A stretch of 64,000 nucleotides of DNA from Moniliella sp. 'wahieum' (lineage: Eukaryota). Shown piece by piece: positions 50,534-63,650 of this stretch. The stretch is from positions 310,001 to 374,000 of the forward strand of contig RSEE01000054.1 of assembly GCA_003971905.1 (NCBI GenBank), in the 5' to 3' direction. How positions within the stretch are numbered: position 1 is the first letter of the stretch; every line of letters starts with the position of its first letter. The notes beneath the pieces are model-generated. The model had not been told where the DNA came from. It was given only the letters and a program-made list of their open reading frames with translations, and searched no databases. The position numbers were made by a program, and so were the translations under genes.

Positions 50534-52179
50534 TTAGCGCGGGGTCCATCGGTGATCGGGCATCCCGCGGCCACTCGCCCCGCGCGACGCGGGCCGCGGC
50601 GAGGCGGTGCGGTCAGTAACGCGGTGCAGGAGGCTACGACCGGCGGGACTGAGTGCCAAGCGCGGGGTGCGGGTGCGAGGCGAGGGCGAGGGCCCATGCG
50701 CGTGCGATCGTAACGAACGCAGCGCCGAGGATGAGGATGAGGCCGAGGATGAGGTGCGAGGTGCAGCGGAGCGTCGGGTGGTCCGGTGGAGTAAGCGCTT
50801 GGCCAGCTCTTCTCGCCGGGACGGTGGGGGCGGGACGAAGCCGAGTGAAGTGGGTGCGGTAGGAGGAGGTGGAGTAGAGGTAGGGTGTTGGTGTGGACCA
50901 GGCCAGAAGTTGGTCCAGGCGGGTGGACGCGTACGCGCCCGGTTCCGGCTCTGGCAGCGGCGAGAGAAAAGGGTAGCGTGTGCTTGGGTTGGGCTGGCAG
51001 CGTCCGGAGCGCGGCGGAAGGGAGTCGTGTCGGAAAAGTCGGTTCGGGGCGTGATGGAGAGCGGGGTCAAGTTCAGCACGGAACCCGTGTCGAGCTCATG
51101 GTCGTCCGGGACCTCGGGTGGCGCAAGACGCGTGTTGGCCTTGACGATCGAAGGCATGGGGCCCAAGGAAGAAGAAGAAGAAGAGGTCGAGGCGGACGAA
51201 GGAGGTAGGCCTGGCGGGGCATACATCAACGTATTTCGCGCGGTAAAGGGCCACGAGGCGGGTGTCGTCCGCTCCGCAGCCGGATCCTCTGGATGGGACA
51301 CAGTCTTGGATGAGTCTGCAGCGGCTGGGGGCTGGGACGGGGACTGGGTCGGGGATGGGGCTCGTACCACGTCGTGACGTTCCTCTGTGGAAGGAGATGA
51401 ACCATTATCGATCAGCTGGGGAGATTTGCTCGCGGGCAACGCAAGACGCCTTGCCTTGCGCACCGCTTCTTGCCCCTCCTCGCGAGCGGCCAAGAACTTG
51501 CGTTTCTGCCTGTGCTCCTCGACAAAGGCCCATGCGTACTTGTGCCGCCGTTGCTCGTTGGCACGCTGCATCAGGTCGGAAAAACTAGCATTGTCAACCG
51601 ACGTGAAGCGGCGGACGAATTGGTCGAGGGTAAGCGAGTTGAGCTGGGCAGAGGATAAGGGAGTAACTTGTTCTTCCCCCAACCGCGGCTCCCCTTGCTC
51701 CGCCTCCGTTGCCCCCGCCTCCTCCAGCTCCGCCTGCCGCTCCTCCCCCTCAGGAAGGGGAGTATCTTCCTCAGCGGGTACTGGTGTCGCCCATGCCCGC
51801 TGCAGGGGCAAGGGCGCCTTGGGTGTGGCGCCCAGGTCCCACTCGGACGGGGTGGCAGAGCGCAGCGCGCGGGCCGCGACGGCGGTGGGGGTCGGGGGGA
51901 TGCGTCCCGCTTGCTCTTCCGCCTGGACGAGACGCTGAGCAGCAAGCTGGATGGCAGCCGGGTCGCCCGTAGCGACGCTGTCCAGGTACGCGTTCTCGGC
52001 AGCGAGGCGGCGGAGGTCGGGGAAGTAGCTGCTCTCCACCAGCGCGGTCATGGCGGACGTATACGCCTTCTCGCCGAGGACGCGCGCGCCCGAGGCGCTC
52101 ACGGCGGAAGGGGGGGGGAGGACGTGCACGGCGCCTGGGCAGCAGGCAGCGGCGTGCGGATGGCCACTTGGCGCTCCAT
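50534..52179 (-). CDS. ESS2: Splicing factor ESS-2/DGCR14 (Es2) homolog
   Basis: VL.E.AY..A...LVESSYFPDL, YLDSV..GD, LTLDQF..RFTSVDNASF..L...N..RR.KYAW, SWPFTARNTLMY, I.KANTR, SRREELA.RL, LSPAGRSL. Confidence 0.85.
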
Positions 52180-53157
52180 GGCGGGGGGGAGGCGATGTCG
52201 AGGCGAGGCGAGATGGTGGTGGCGAGTGCAGTACTTGAAAGCTTAGCCTGCTCTCAGATCTCACTAGTCACTGATCATCGATCACCAATCATTAATTTAA
52301 TCACCGGCCACCTGTGGTTTGGTTTCAACTTTAACATTTCACAGGGGGGTTGGTTAAGCGCTTCGGCCAAGTTGTCCTCAGCCACCTGCTATCCAATCCA
52401 GGCGCCACACCAAAAACCGCACGTCGGGGCGAGCGTCTCATCCCGCAGACGGCGGAGGGCGTGGGAGCGTCGGCGGGGACGGCCGCAGGGCCACTACCAA
52501 GCGAGGCACTTGGTAGCCAGCGTTACTGCAACTGGTTGGCGTCGCAAGGGACTATGATGCCAACAACTGTTTGGGCGCGGCAGGGGCAGGGTAAGGTCTA
52601 AGGTCTAAGCAGGCGCCGTGATGTGAGAGGGAACGCGGGGCGATCCGTGCCAGCCCAGAGACGAAAAGAGGTGTGGTCGCCGGTCGCCGGGCATGCATCA
52701 TATGGTCATACGAACTCGCATCTCGCACGAGCAGAAAGCACAAACGCACAAACGCACAAACGCCCAGGCCGGAGCCCCGAGTGGCAGGACACCGGACACC
52801 AGCCAAGCAAGCTGGGTGAGGTGGGGTCAGGCCTGAGGTGCGCAGAGCAGCGCCGAGCAAACATTACACATTACACATTACTCATTAACCAGTACTAGTT
52901 CAGGTGGCAGCGTCACATGTCACAAGAGAGACAAGTAGGACAGGGGACAAGAGATATAGAGCCAAACAGAAAAGAGTCCCAGATGGTACGGGGGTAGCAG
53001 GGGTGGGGGGGTCAGCGGCCAGCTACTTTGCGACGAAAGAGTGAGCCAAGCAGACCCATTTTCATTTTGTGCGGCGGGCGCGGCTCGTCCCGTCCCGGCA
53101 TCCGACCCGCTACAAGCTCCCCTGGTGCGAGGGGAGAGGCAGAGGGTGGGTTCGAGG

Positions 53158-56100
53158 TCAGCACCGGGGCGGGAGAGGAGAAAAGTGTGCATGGGCAGGT
53201 AGGTGGGTCGATTTCGACCCCGATCCCGATCCCGATCCCGATCCCGATCCCGAGCCAGAGCCCGAGCGGTGGAGCAGGCGTACGGACCGTATCCGTTCGA
53301 GCGAGGCAAACGAACGAAGAGTGCGTGGGGGCTTGCCTGTCCCTTGCGGTTGGGAAGCAGACGGGACGGGGTAGGTGGCTGCGTCGGCGACGGAAGGCTG
53401 TGCTGGAGCGACAGTACGTGGGTCCAACAGGCCTGCCAGGGCGGGTGCACCTGAGTGCACCGCAGAGGAAGAGGAGAGGAGGGACGTGGTGCGTGCACGC
53501 GTGGACGGGGTGGGACGCAACCAAGGACCTGCCACCTGGGGCGAGGCGAGAGGCGGTACTACACATCGTCGTCGTCGGGCTGGTGAGAATAATAGTCTCC
53601 AGGGGGGGGGAGGGGGGGCAGACGCGCCGGGTGCACCTGATGCCCTGTGGGGATAACCCGACTCAGTGGTCGGCTGGGGGTCGTACGCTGGATCGCGGTA
53701 AGGCGGCCCAGACACCACGCTGCGGTCCTCGTACCCCCCCACAGGCCAGTGGTAAGAGCAAAATTCGGGGGAGGCAGGGGAGGCTGATAAGAGCTGGGGC
53801 GGGGGCGGTGAGACAGTTGGTCCGCATGTGGCTTAGGAGGGCCCGACGGTTGATCAGCGCGGTGGGTGGCGCGGGAGTACTCGGTGAGAAGAAAGTTGCT
53901 GGCCCACAAAGAGAGTTCGAGGGCGGTGAGCGGTTGTGCTTGTGGTGGACCGAGAGCGCGTGGAGCGAAGCGCCCGATAACAGGTCGGGCGGGGAACCCC
54001 TGGGGCCCAGGGGGAAAGAAGGGGCAGTGTGCTCCGCTGGAGGCGGCGCTGTGCGTAAGGTGGTTGCGCTGGCATGCGTGCGCGGCACACTGGGCATCCG
54101 GATCGATTCGCCCTGCCCATTCGGTCCGTCCCACCCTGCGCCCTGGGACTGAGACGCCGAGTTGGCTCGTCGCCGGTCCGGTCGCATCGCAAACAACTCG
54201 GGGTCCACCCACTCGCGCGAAGAAGAGAACGGGTCGTGGCCATCCAACTCTGGGGTGTCCATGCTGACTGGCAGTCCGGAAGGGGTGGGGGTAGGGGTGG
54301 GAAGAGGTGAAAAGCCGACGATGGAAGGGTCAGCGTAACTCGGCTCTCTCCGTGAAGAAAGTAGAGTGGACGAGTGACAGGACGAAGGCCCGAGACCAGG
54401 CGAAGGTTGACGGCCACCATAGGATGTAGGCCGGCGCAAACGTTGGTCAGACCAAGAAGGGGCGGAGGCCAAGTCGCCCCCCCGTTGCGACATGGATAAT
54501 GTCGGGGCAGAAGGAACGCCGCGCAACGATCGAACCGGTTGGGGGAGGGTGCACTGGGTGGGATGGGCAACAAAGGCGAATGCTGCGGGGGGACCTGGTT
54601 ATCTGGTTGAATCAATTGAGGTGTGTGTTTTTGAACCTTCCCTTCTTCCTCCTCTTCCACCTCCTCCTGGACGGGATGAGGCAAAGCGCCCCGCCCCCCC
54701 CACAGGGCTGGGGGCAAGTCCGAGAGGGAGGACCCTCGTGCCTTTCGCGTCACCTCGTTCGAGCGAAGGTCAGACGTGGAGTGGGGTCGGGCCAGCAAAC
54801 GAGGAGACCGATCGGCCTTGCTCGTAAGATTAGCAGCAGTTAGGGAAGGGCTTCGGTAGAGGCGCGCGGCCGCCCTTCGTTCGGGAGTAGCAAACACATC
54901 AGGTGTGAACAACAGCGCTTCCAGTTCGGGTGTTTTGAGGTGTGTCTCCTTGTGAACGTAACGCTGACGGCAAGCGTGATTGGGACGGGGAGGCGGAGGC
55001 AAGAGGGCTTGGCTCGTGGGAGGGCGGTAAGGGAGAGGCGGTGGGCTTGCCATGCATCTCCCGCACCGTCACAGCAGGCGACGACGTGAACGAAGAGGAA
55101 GAGGAAGGCATCGCCCTCATGTGGGGGGGAAGCGCTTGGGTGGCTCCTGTTCCCGCGGTGACACATGTATCTGCTTCGGATACGGTGCTGAGGCGCGATG
55201 ACAAGTGGGCCGGTCGGAGTGGTTTTGCGGACGAAGTAGCGAGGCCGAGGGGAGCATGTTCCATCTCGGCCAGTTCCTCCTGCTCGATCGCGTCAAGTGG
55301 ATTGATCGTCTTGTCAGGCGATGAGGAGCCAACAGATATGTCGGGCTCCAACGGTCCAGTTTCCTGTGCGTGTACGGCTAACGAAGACGGGTTGTTGTCG
55401 AGAATCAACCCAGAGTTGGACTCCGATAACCAAGTGCGTTGGTCACTTGGATGAGAAGGGACCGGATTAAGACGCGGGTTGGTCGCTTGCAGGCCCTGCC
55501 GTGGTCCAGCCCCCGAATCAGGCAGTGGAGGGAGCCCCCCACTGGGTGGAGGGGCGGGAATGGAACTGGCCAGCGTCAAGTCACTATGGCCCCCATCCGA
55601 GTCATACATCCAAGGCCGTTTTGCTGTCCGCATCCGACGCGCGCGCTGCCGTGGGCTGGTCAGGCTCAGTGAGGTGGGAGAACCACTCCATGGCATGCCT
55701 GGGGGGGGGGAGAAATGTGGGAGGAAGAACCGACAGTGGAGGCACCAATCGAAGTGGGACGCGCGTCCTGCGATGCAAAGGAGAGCGGAAGAGACGCTTC
55801 GGAAGGAAAGCTGCTGGGGTGGGCATCCTGCGCTTATGGGTCGTGCTGATGACCTTGTGGCTCGGCCCATTAGGTTTTCGGGCGGCCTCCTGAGAGGGCG
55901 AGGCAAGGCTTTGGCTGCCCCGGGCCCGGTCGGTGGATCGATCACCACGCGGCTCCCCCGCCTCACCATCGCGCCTGGGCTGGAGGCTGGACCGAGTTGA
56001 CGTTCGTTCAAGCGAACTATTCTCGTGGTACCGGTCTCTGGAGCGACGAGGACGAGTATGTGCGTTTTCCGTCAACTTGCGACTCTCGGTACTTTGTCCA

Positions 56101-56780
56101 GAAGAGGAAGGAGCATCCCGCGGGATAACGATCATGTCCCAGCGATTGGTTGCCTGGACTTGTAGCTAGAGAAGAGCGAGAGCAAGGGGACAGTTAGGAC
56201 CGTTTCTACCAAGACAATGAAGAAAAAAAACAAAACGTACCACCCGGCTATGTTGCGCCAGCCGATCCACCGTCAGAGCATAGGTGGGGGCAACACGGTG
56301 CACAGCGACCTTGCCGCCTGCGAGCAACTTGAACGTGGGTGACGACGAACGCGCATGGGACGAAGAGTCGGATGCCAGCGAACCTAGCTGACGCGCCTCG
56401 ATCTCGGCCTCGACGTGCAATGCCTCGAAAAAGTCTTGGTCCGACACACGCGCCCAGGCGAGCTGGCCATACACTTCGACAGTAGCCAGTTCGGCAGCGC
56501 GTTCGGCGCAATCGGGGCAGTTGGCGGGGGTGGGAGCTGCGGGTCCGGCCGCTTGGGAGGTGGCTGGACAGGCTCAGCTGCGGTTGGTTGGTCATGCACG
56601 GCCGGGGAAGAGGAAGGACCTATGGGGTGGGCAGTAGCAAACGAGTCTGTGCTCGAGGCGCTGGCCACATCAGGCTGATCCGGATCATGATGGTCCTGTG
56701 GAAGGGGCAGGAGGGGAGGACGCGCTTGCGTGGCTGAGAGGGCGGCGCGGAGAGGCGGCGGGGAGGGTGGGGGGCGCATG
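53158..56780 (-). CDS. Large S/P-rich hypothetical protein (spliced, frameshifted)
   Basis: Chain of long overlapping minus-strand ORFs with similar composition and a canonical intron 56240-56166 (GTACGT..CTAAC..CTAG). No family recognised. Confidence 0.45.
53217..53252 (+). repeat. (CCCGAT)n hexamer
   Basis: Directly visible. Reads GSGSGS on the minus strand. Confidence 0.85.
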
Positions 56781-58299
56781 GGGGGGACAGGCGGCCGGCG
56801 CAGGGGCTGGCTGCCCTCTGGCGAGGACGAGGAGGGTTGCCAGAACGGAGGATGGCGGTCGGGGGGAGGGTGGGGATAAGGGTGGGGATAAGGGATGGGG
56901 GTGATGGGGGTGATGAGGGCGATGGTGGCGGTGGTGGCGGTGGTGATGCCGGTGATGGCGAGGGGGTGGAGCAGCCACGGCCTCATTGGGTTGTTTGGAC
57001 GTCGACATGCTCTGTCCCACCTTGCCGACGGGCGCCGTTGGCTGCCCCCGTGCGGAGACACAGCCGAGCAGGGATGGGTGAGGGCGCAGCCAGGATGCAT
57101 GGCAGTCCATGTGACACGGGTGGGACAGCGATGTGACATGTGACAGCGATGTGACATGTGACAGCGATGTGACAGCGACGCAGTGGCGGTGGCGTCTTGG
57201 TCTGTGCCATGGCACGTGCCACATGCTCAGCATGTGCCATCGAACCAATATTGACCGCCTTTTATGTCGCGCTTCCCTGCCCTGGCCGCGACGGCGAACC
57301 GGCGAGGACAGGGAGTGGAGACGACACCATTCATTGTGAGTCGTGTCCGTGCTGTTGCGCCGTATGGACTTGACACGAGCAACATTCGTGTTGGCTGATG
57401 TGCTGATGTCGGGAGTATCAGACCGGGACATGAGCGGAAAGGAAGATAGTATTGAGAGGAGCAAGAAGATGGGGGCGGTGGTCAAAACACAGGAGGGAGA
57501 GAAGGACAGAAAGGGGCCGCGCTGCGCCCCAGCGCCCTGAAGGGGTACATTAGGAAGCCAGGAGCGCACACTAAGTTGTGTTGCTGATGGTTCGCCGCCC
57601 TACATCATAAGGTTTTACTATCGTAAGAGCATGAGAACCAAACATATATATGCAGGAGGGGTTTAAACTTCCCAGGCGTCCCGCCGTGAGAGCAAAAAGC
57701 TATCTAGCTATATGTCACAACAACGCCTGAGGCCTCAACTAATATTGAGAGTTATATACTGACAACGTGCTGATGAGCGCCCACTTGAGCCACCGCGCGT
57801 GGCTCGTGTGTTTCGACCAACAAAGACGTCCCTCTTCCGCAGGCCTAGTAGTAGTAGGAGTTTCGTTGTTTTTTCGCTTCTGTATGTGTTCCTTGTTCCC
57901 CGCGGCCTTCTCGTTATTAATAGCCCCTGGCGGCGACTGGCTGCGTGATGCTGTTCGGTTTGGCGTATAGACCACCGCCACCACTTACCCAACTCGCACC
58001 GCCTCCAGCCTCGTATTTCTGACGATCCCCACTCGCTCGCCATGTCCGAGGAACGCGACTCGAGTGGTTCACTCGTTATGGTGCTCCTGGTACGTGCTGC
58101 GACTCGAGGCCCACTATGGCGCTTGACCCACTGACGCCCACCGCAGCTTGGGAAGCTATCCCCCCTCCAGCCAGGGCGAACCTGAGACCGGGTGGGAAAA
58201 ACCACGCTATCGCTGTTTGTTTGTGATACTTCTCCCGGCGCCTCCGCGGCATTCATTTATCCACAGCTCGGAGGCACCAAGTGACCAGGATCCATCGCA

Positions 58300-58373
58300 T
58301 CAATACCCAGTTCCGAAGAAATCCTGCGCCAGTGCACGTTGCAGCATCCAACACAGACACACGCGGTCAGGAA

Positions 58374-58409
<36 letters not shown>

Positions 58410-61400
58410 GAACCCAATCTCGACTCGTCTCATTTGCCCCGCAGCAGCATCCTCGGTCCGGGGAGAAAATGTGGCTGAGGAGGCAGACCGGGAGAAGAAG
58501 AGAAGAGAGGCTGATAGACACGCTCGGCACCTGACTGGCCTAATGCATCTCCCCGACGCTAGCGCGCTGAGCGAGACGACAAGGATCGCCGGGGTATTGG
58601 ATGGGCCGGCGCAGAAGGCAATTATGGCGGACGATCATGATGGGGCGGACGAGGACGACCAACTTGAGTTACAGTTCAACTCGGGCACCAACTTCTTGCA
58701 GTCACTCACTCTCTTCCACCCAACTGAGTTTGATAACACGTATCCGTTCGGAGACCTACCTGTCAGTGAGCATCTGGGTACCTTTTTGTGTGCTGGTAAA
58801 AAGCTCACTCTCGGCACTGATCAGATTGCGCTTTTGACGGCGATGCACCTGAGTCCCAGAAGCCCCCTCTCCACCTCCGTGATCAAGTTCATCATGGAAT
58901 TCGGCAAAGTATACGCAACTACCGTTGCGATGAGGAAGAAGGCCAGATTAGCGCCAGTAATCAACGAAGGGAACCTGTCTCTCTACTCGCTCAACAAGGC
59001 GATCGAAATGGTATACCAGCCTCGTGCATCGGAGCAGTTTTCACGGCTAGCGATCAGGTGACGGCTGTGCATTGTACTTCGGTCGACCGCATTGTTCAGC
59101 TCATGTTCTCGAACCCGTCCATCCGCTCCAAGATGACACTGTATCCCAAGAGTTGGTCGCCCAACGCGAAGGTCCAGGACTTCATGGACATGTTCGTTGA
59201 AAAACCATTGGAGACTATGGGATCTGATCGGATTATGAGCTGGCACAAGTCACTCAGCCGATGGTCAAGCATCCAGACGATCCGACGATTCACATGTACC
59301 TTGGCGAATCTGTTCACCTGGTTGGTATTAAGGCGCCTATATTTCCCGTCTTGTGGCAATACAACGCCGACAGCGACTGGTGGGATGGGCTCGGAATCGA
59401 GCTGGCCCAGGACGAGAAGACGAAACAACTGAAGGTCACAGGGACACGACCCTTCATACTTTTCCAGGTGGACAGGACCAAGCTGCGCCTCTACGACGAC
59501 TATACTATCAGTAAATGTTTTCTTACACTCCACGCAGGGGCGCGATTATTTTCTGGGTTACTGACTACGACACAGGAACGGGGACGGGGAGGAGATGGGG
59601 AAGGGCGTCAACCCCTCCTAGCCAAGGCCGGTGGTCGAGAACTGGTCCGTCTCCAGCTGGCAGGATGGGCCGGTGGTTTGGCAGGCAATGACGACCCCAA
59701 TGGGCCCAACTCGCTGAACACCCTGCTGCTTGGCAACATGCACATGCCACGGGCCGAGAATAGATGGGCAAAGAATCTTTTCCTGTTTGCATCGGAAACG
59801 GCCAAGTCGCTCCTCCCGTTGTGCGAGCAGCTGGTCAAGCAGCTGAAGTGAGTATTACATCCTAGGCCCACAAAATTGACTGTGAAGCCGCGGCAATTTC
59901 TAGAGGAAGGGCAGCATGCTAATGCCTTTTTCAACCTCACAGACAGTATCACGAGGAGCTCATCCCTGTGGGGATTCGACCAGCGAGGGATGGATCCTTG
60001 TACAGCCTGTGCTGCGGATGATATCAAGGGCGACAATGTGGGAGCCAACGAGATGGCTTCAATTATGGATATGACTGCCGACGTGTGACTGCGGTTTTGC
60101 GATTGCGGACGGCACCGGGAGACGAACACGGTGACGGAAAACGTGGACGACTGTCTGGTGCGTATACGATGCTGGTAGTGTGCTGAGTGTACATCAAAAG
60201 GGCGACGAACTGACTGGCGGACATGTCAAGACGGAAGGTGAACTACGTTCAAGTGTCGATGCTAGGTGCGAAATCGAACACCAACTCACATGGTCGTAGA
60301 GAACAATGGCCGGGTCGACGACCGGGCGAGCCAGACAGGGGTTAACGACAAGTATGTGAAGAGCGTCTCGGATATCCTATTCAAGTTGCGCAAGAGTCTG
60401 CAGGAAGAGACCGCAGAAGCGAGTACTAGCAAGAAGCGCAGAGGTCGGCACTCCCCGATTTCGTTTCCGAGGTCCGGAAGCGGCTGGATGCGCTCAAGAA
60501 AGAGGGCACTAGTGTTCACACCCCCTTTTGACAGTCCATGAGTGGCAGGGAGCTCGAGCTTTTCGGTCGGCATAGTCTGCCGATTGACGCCCTGCATACT
60601 GTTCTCCTAGGGCCAGTCAAGGCCTCGGTAGAGTTGCTGACGGACGCGAACGTCGACAAAGATCCATCACTAGCGCTGTGGCTGGATTCTCTCAACATGC
60701 GAGGCATGGAATTGGTGGGTCAGAGGCTCAACGGCACCAAATTGGTTCGCAGCATGCGCTCCGTCACCGGGGTCGACTGCATGAATTATTGTGCCAGACT
60801 CCTCTGGTGCTTCCCAACTTGGTCGCCACGTTGCGGTTGGACTTGACCAAGCCTTGCCTCACGCGAGCGGCGAGAAAGAGACTACTGAGCAAGATCGAGA
60901 AGCTAGAGAATGCCCGCAAGAGCATTGTGGCCGCCGCGCGCCTCAAGTGGCTTTGCTGCATTGATGGCTTCGCTGTCGAAGACCGGGACACATACAGCGT
61001 ACGTCTGTAATCCTCCTAACACGTATACACCCGTGTGATCGTCTGTGCGTTCGTCCAATAAGATCAAAAAACTGACATTTTATTGCTGCCCCTATATGTG
61101 CTCAGGACCTGCTGCTGGACACGGCGGTGATTCACATATTCATGGCCATCGGGGTCATCGACCCGGCCATGCTCGTCCGTCGCCCTGAGTTTCACCTTCT
61201 GGTCCACCTCTCCGGGCAGGTGCAGCTGTGGGGTCTCCTCAAGAACGCTGACACACAGCGTGAGGAAGAGCAGGTCCGGGCTCTGTGCAAGGCGGGCACG
61301 TCTACCAACCGCAGCAACAACGATATCTGCCGCGACTTGAACTACACGGTGGGAGCGCAGGAGAATCTGCAAAACCTTCTATGCGGAGGGCGGGCGATCG

Positions 61401-62410
61401 ACATGCCGCGGGCAAAACTCGTGTTCCGCCATTCAACCTCTCACAACGAAGAGGAGGTGACGCAGGGCAGGCCCAGTCGGAACACCAAGAAATTGTCCGC
61501 GGACGCTTGGATCGGGCGGGACCGAGCAGCTGTGCAATCGAATGGTCCACCGCCTGTGACTGGCACGACGCTTCAGCTCTTGGGCCAAGAGCTAGGCAAT
61601 GTGTGGCAGGTCCCTCCCGCACCCAGCTAGACGCAGGAGTCCTTTGAGCTCTGGATTGTGTCCGGTTTCGATCCAGACTGGAGGAGGCCAAAGTCATCTC
61701 GGGGACCACAGAAATGCCGCTGGTCCGCGTACATCACGGTCAGCTTTGTGCCAGGGGGGACTGGGTGCTTGTTTCTCAACAGGCTATTGATGGCGTCCTC
61801 CCGCCCGGTCATGCCCGGGCGCCTGATGCTACCCCGCCCTTTGCCAGCCGGATCGAACGTATTGTTTCCAAACGACCCTCCTATATGGCTGTTGCTCTTC
61901 ACCGGCAGACCAAGGCCGGTCCCACTCGCGATCAAGGGTCGGGAACAGCAAGGGCTGCCAGTTCCAACCTTGTGCTCCCCGTGCTTTGGGTCAGGGTCGC
62001 TTTGGCTCGCATCCTACCTATCGACTCGGCATACGGCATGCGGGGGCTCGAGTTACCGCTCGCCTCGGACCGGCGCACGGTGACCATTCCGGCTGCGCAG
62101 ATCGACACTATCTTTGGTCCACTCAACGTCCAGCACAATTGCGTGAAGGCCAAGTGCCGGATTGTCCCCAACAGCATTCCTGATCCGGTCACTGGCTTGA
62201 CCTCCGATGCGGTCCAGCACAACAACTTAGCCGGGACGTCGGCGGTGCAACGCTACGTGCTCAACCACTTTGTCAATTCGGTCTCTCCCCACACACCAAC
62301 ATCCTTCGACTTGCTGACTTGGCCTTTGCCCAAGACTGGGCAGTCGAGGGCAAGAATGCGCCTTCGGCCGACGACGTTGTGAGCGCGGTACAAGCAGTGA
62401 TGAACGATTA
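58300..62410 (+). CDS. Spliced DDE transposase, copy 2 (same family as 24850-28403), with N-terminal region present
   Basis: Collinear diverged homolog of copy 1: YSLNK, NPSIRSKM, IHMYLGESVHLV, LFLFASETAKSLLPLCEQLVKQL, KGDN, IDALHTVLLG.VK, RRP.FHLL.H, DTQREEE, NVQHNC. Shared intron positions at about 59511 and 59848. Extra acidic and YPF-containing N-terminus. Confidence 0.75.
58373..58406 (+). repeat. (GAGGAC)n hexamer
   Basis: Directly visible. Reads EDEDED. Confidence 0.85.
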
Positions 62411-63134
62411 GACGGTTTTTTGCGGATGTGGCTACTCTACTGTAAGACCGGAGGAACCCACAAGGATTTGAGTGGAGAACCTCTGGAGATGTAGAGTAAT
62501 GCAATCGCGCGATGGTGATGGTTGAGGTGTATATAACCCTTTTGCCACGCATGGAGGAGACATAGGGGTTCGAACAAGCCGGAGTATACACCCGGAAGCA
62601 GAGGATTCGGTGGAGGCCCCAACAGCTACTACTGTTGAGGCGACGCAGCTGTGCGGGTTGAGATTCATTGCGCAGCAGAGAGGAAGGCCACTGGGAGGGG
62701 TGATGGCTACGGTGGCGAACTGGACTGCCCTGAACTGACGATGACTGTTGTGCAGCATTGCTGCGTGTGCGGCGCAAGGAATGCGCCTTGAAAGCTCTGT
62801 GAAAAATATGGTTCCAGTATAGAGATACTATACACCTGTTGCAGATTACTATTGCCCGTTGTTTTTGTGTTGTACCAGCCCAACAGTAGAGACGATACCG
62901 TGGCCTCGACCTGAATGCATCTATTACAAGGCCCGCTATGCAGTGTAGTGGAAGAAGAAAGGAAAGAAAAGAACGGGAGGGATTGAACCGATATAACTTC
63001 ATATAGTTGCGCGGCAGCGCACGCGAACCGCGAACCGCGAACCCCGAAGAGAGAGGGGGCCTAAACTAGTGAGCGCGGGGGGGGGGCAAACGAATCCATT
63101 CTAGCAAGAGAGCGGCACGAGGATCCAGAAAACG

Positions 63135-63282
63135 CGAACCAGAACGAGAACGAGAACGAGAATCGGAACCAGCAAGCGAACCAGAACGAGAACGAGAACC
63201 AGCAGGCGAACCAGAACCAGCAAGCGAACCAGAACCAGAACCAGAACAGAACCAGGACCAGGACCAGGACCAGGACCAGAAC
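63135..63282 (+). repeat. Compound hexamer array (GAACCA/GAACGA/GGACCA)
   Basis: Directly visible degenerate 6-bp periodic tract. Confidence 0.85.
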
Positions 63283-63557
63283 TAGGCCCAAGGCCCGAAG
63301 TAGAACGAGGGGGGGTATCGTCAAAGATCAGATCAAGAAAAAGAGACCAACGCAAAACGAGGGGGATCGAGCAGAGCTAGGGCAGATGTAGAGGTAGTAG
63401 ATGCGGAGCTGGATCACAGTAGGGTAGAAAACGGTGCAAGAGCACGGGAAAGGGGGGGGGGGCGGGGGTTCAAGTAGTTGGTGGGGGGGGCCCTAGGCTT
63501 TTTAAGTGGTGGTCCGACTTTTTTTTTCCAGTAGGGACGTGAGGGGCGGGAGGGGCG

Positions 63558-63637
63558 GGAGGCACGGGAGGCACTGGAGGCACGGGAGGCACTGGAGGCA
63601 CGGGAGGCACGGGAGGCACGGGAGGCACGGGAGGCAC
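63558..63637 (+). repeat. Tandem 9-mer (GGAGGCACK) x ~9
   Basis: Directly visible. Confidence 0.9.
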
Positions 63638-63650
63638 AGGGGGACGAAAG

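Noticed and set aside
30605..57569. Numerous long overlapping or antisense ORFs in the ORF track (e.g. 47026..48774 minus, 53028..54152 plus)
   Set aside because: Shadows of GC-rich coding sequence on the opposite strand or other frames, with R/G/A/P-biased composition and no motifs.
62935..62950. CACTA motif on the minus strand as the right end of transposase copy 2
   Set aside because: Candidate left CACTA sites (about 57568, 58112) match only the pentamer and give no TSD.
63135..63640. Repeat arrays as CRISPR-like
   Set aside because: Simple 6- and 9-bp tandem repeats without unique spacers, in a eukaryotic context with no cas genes.
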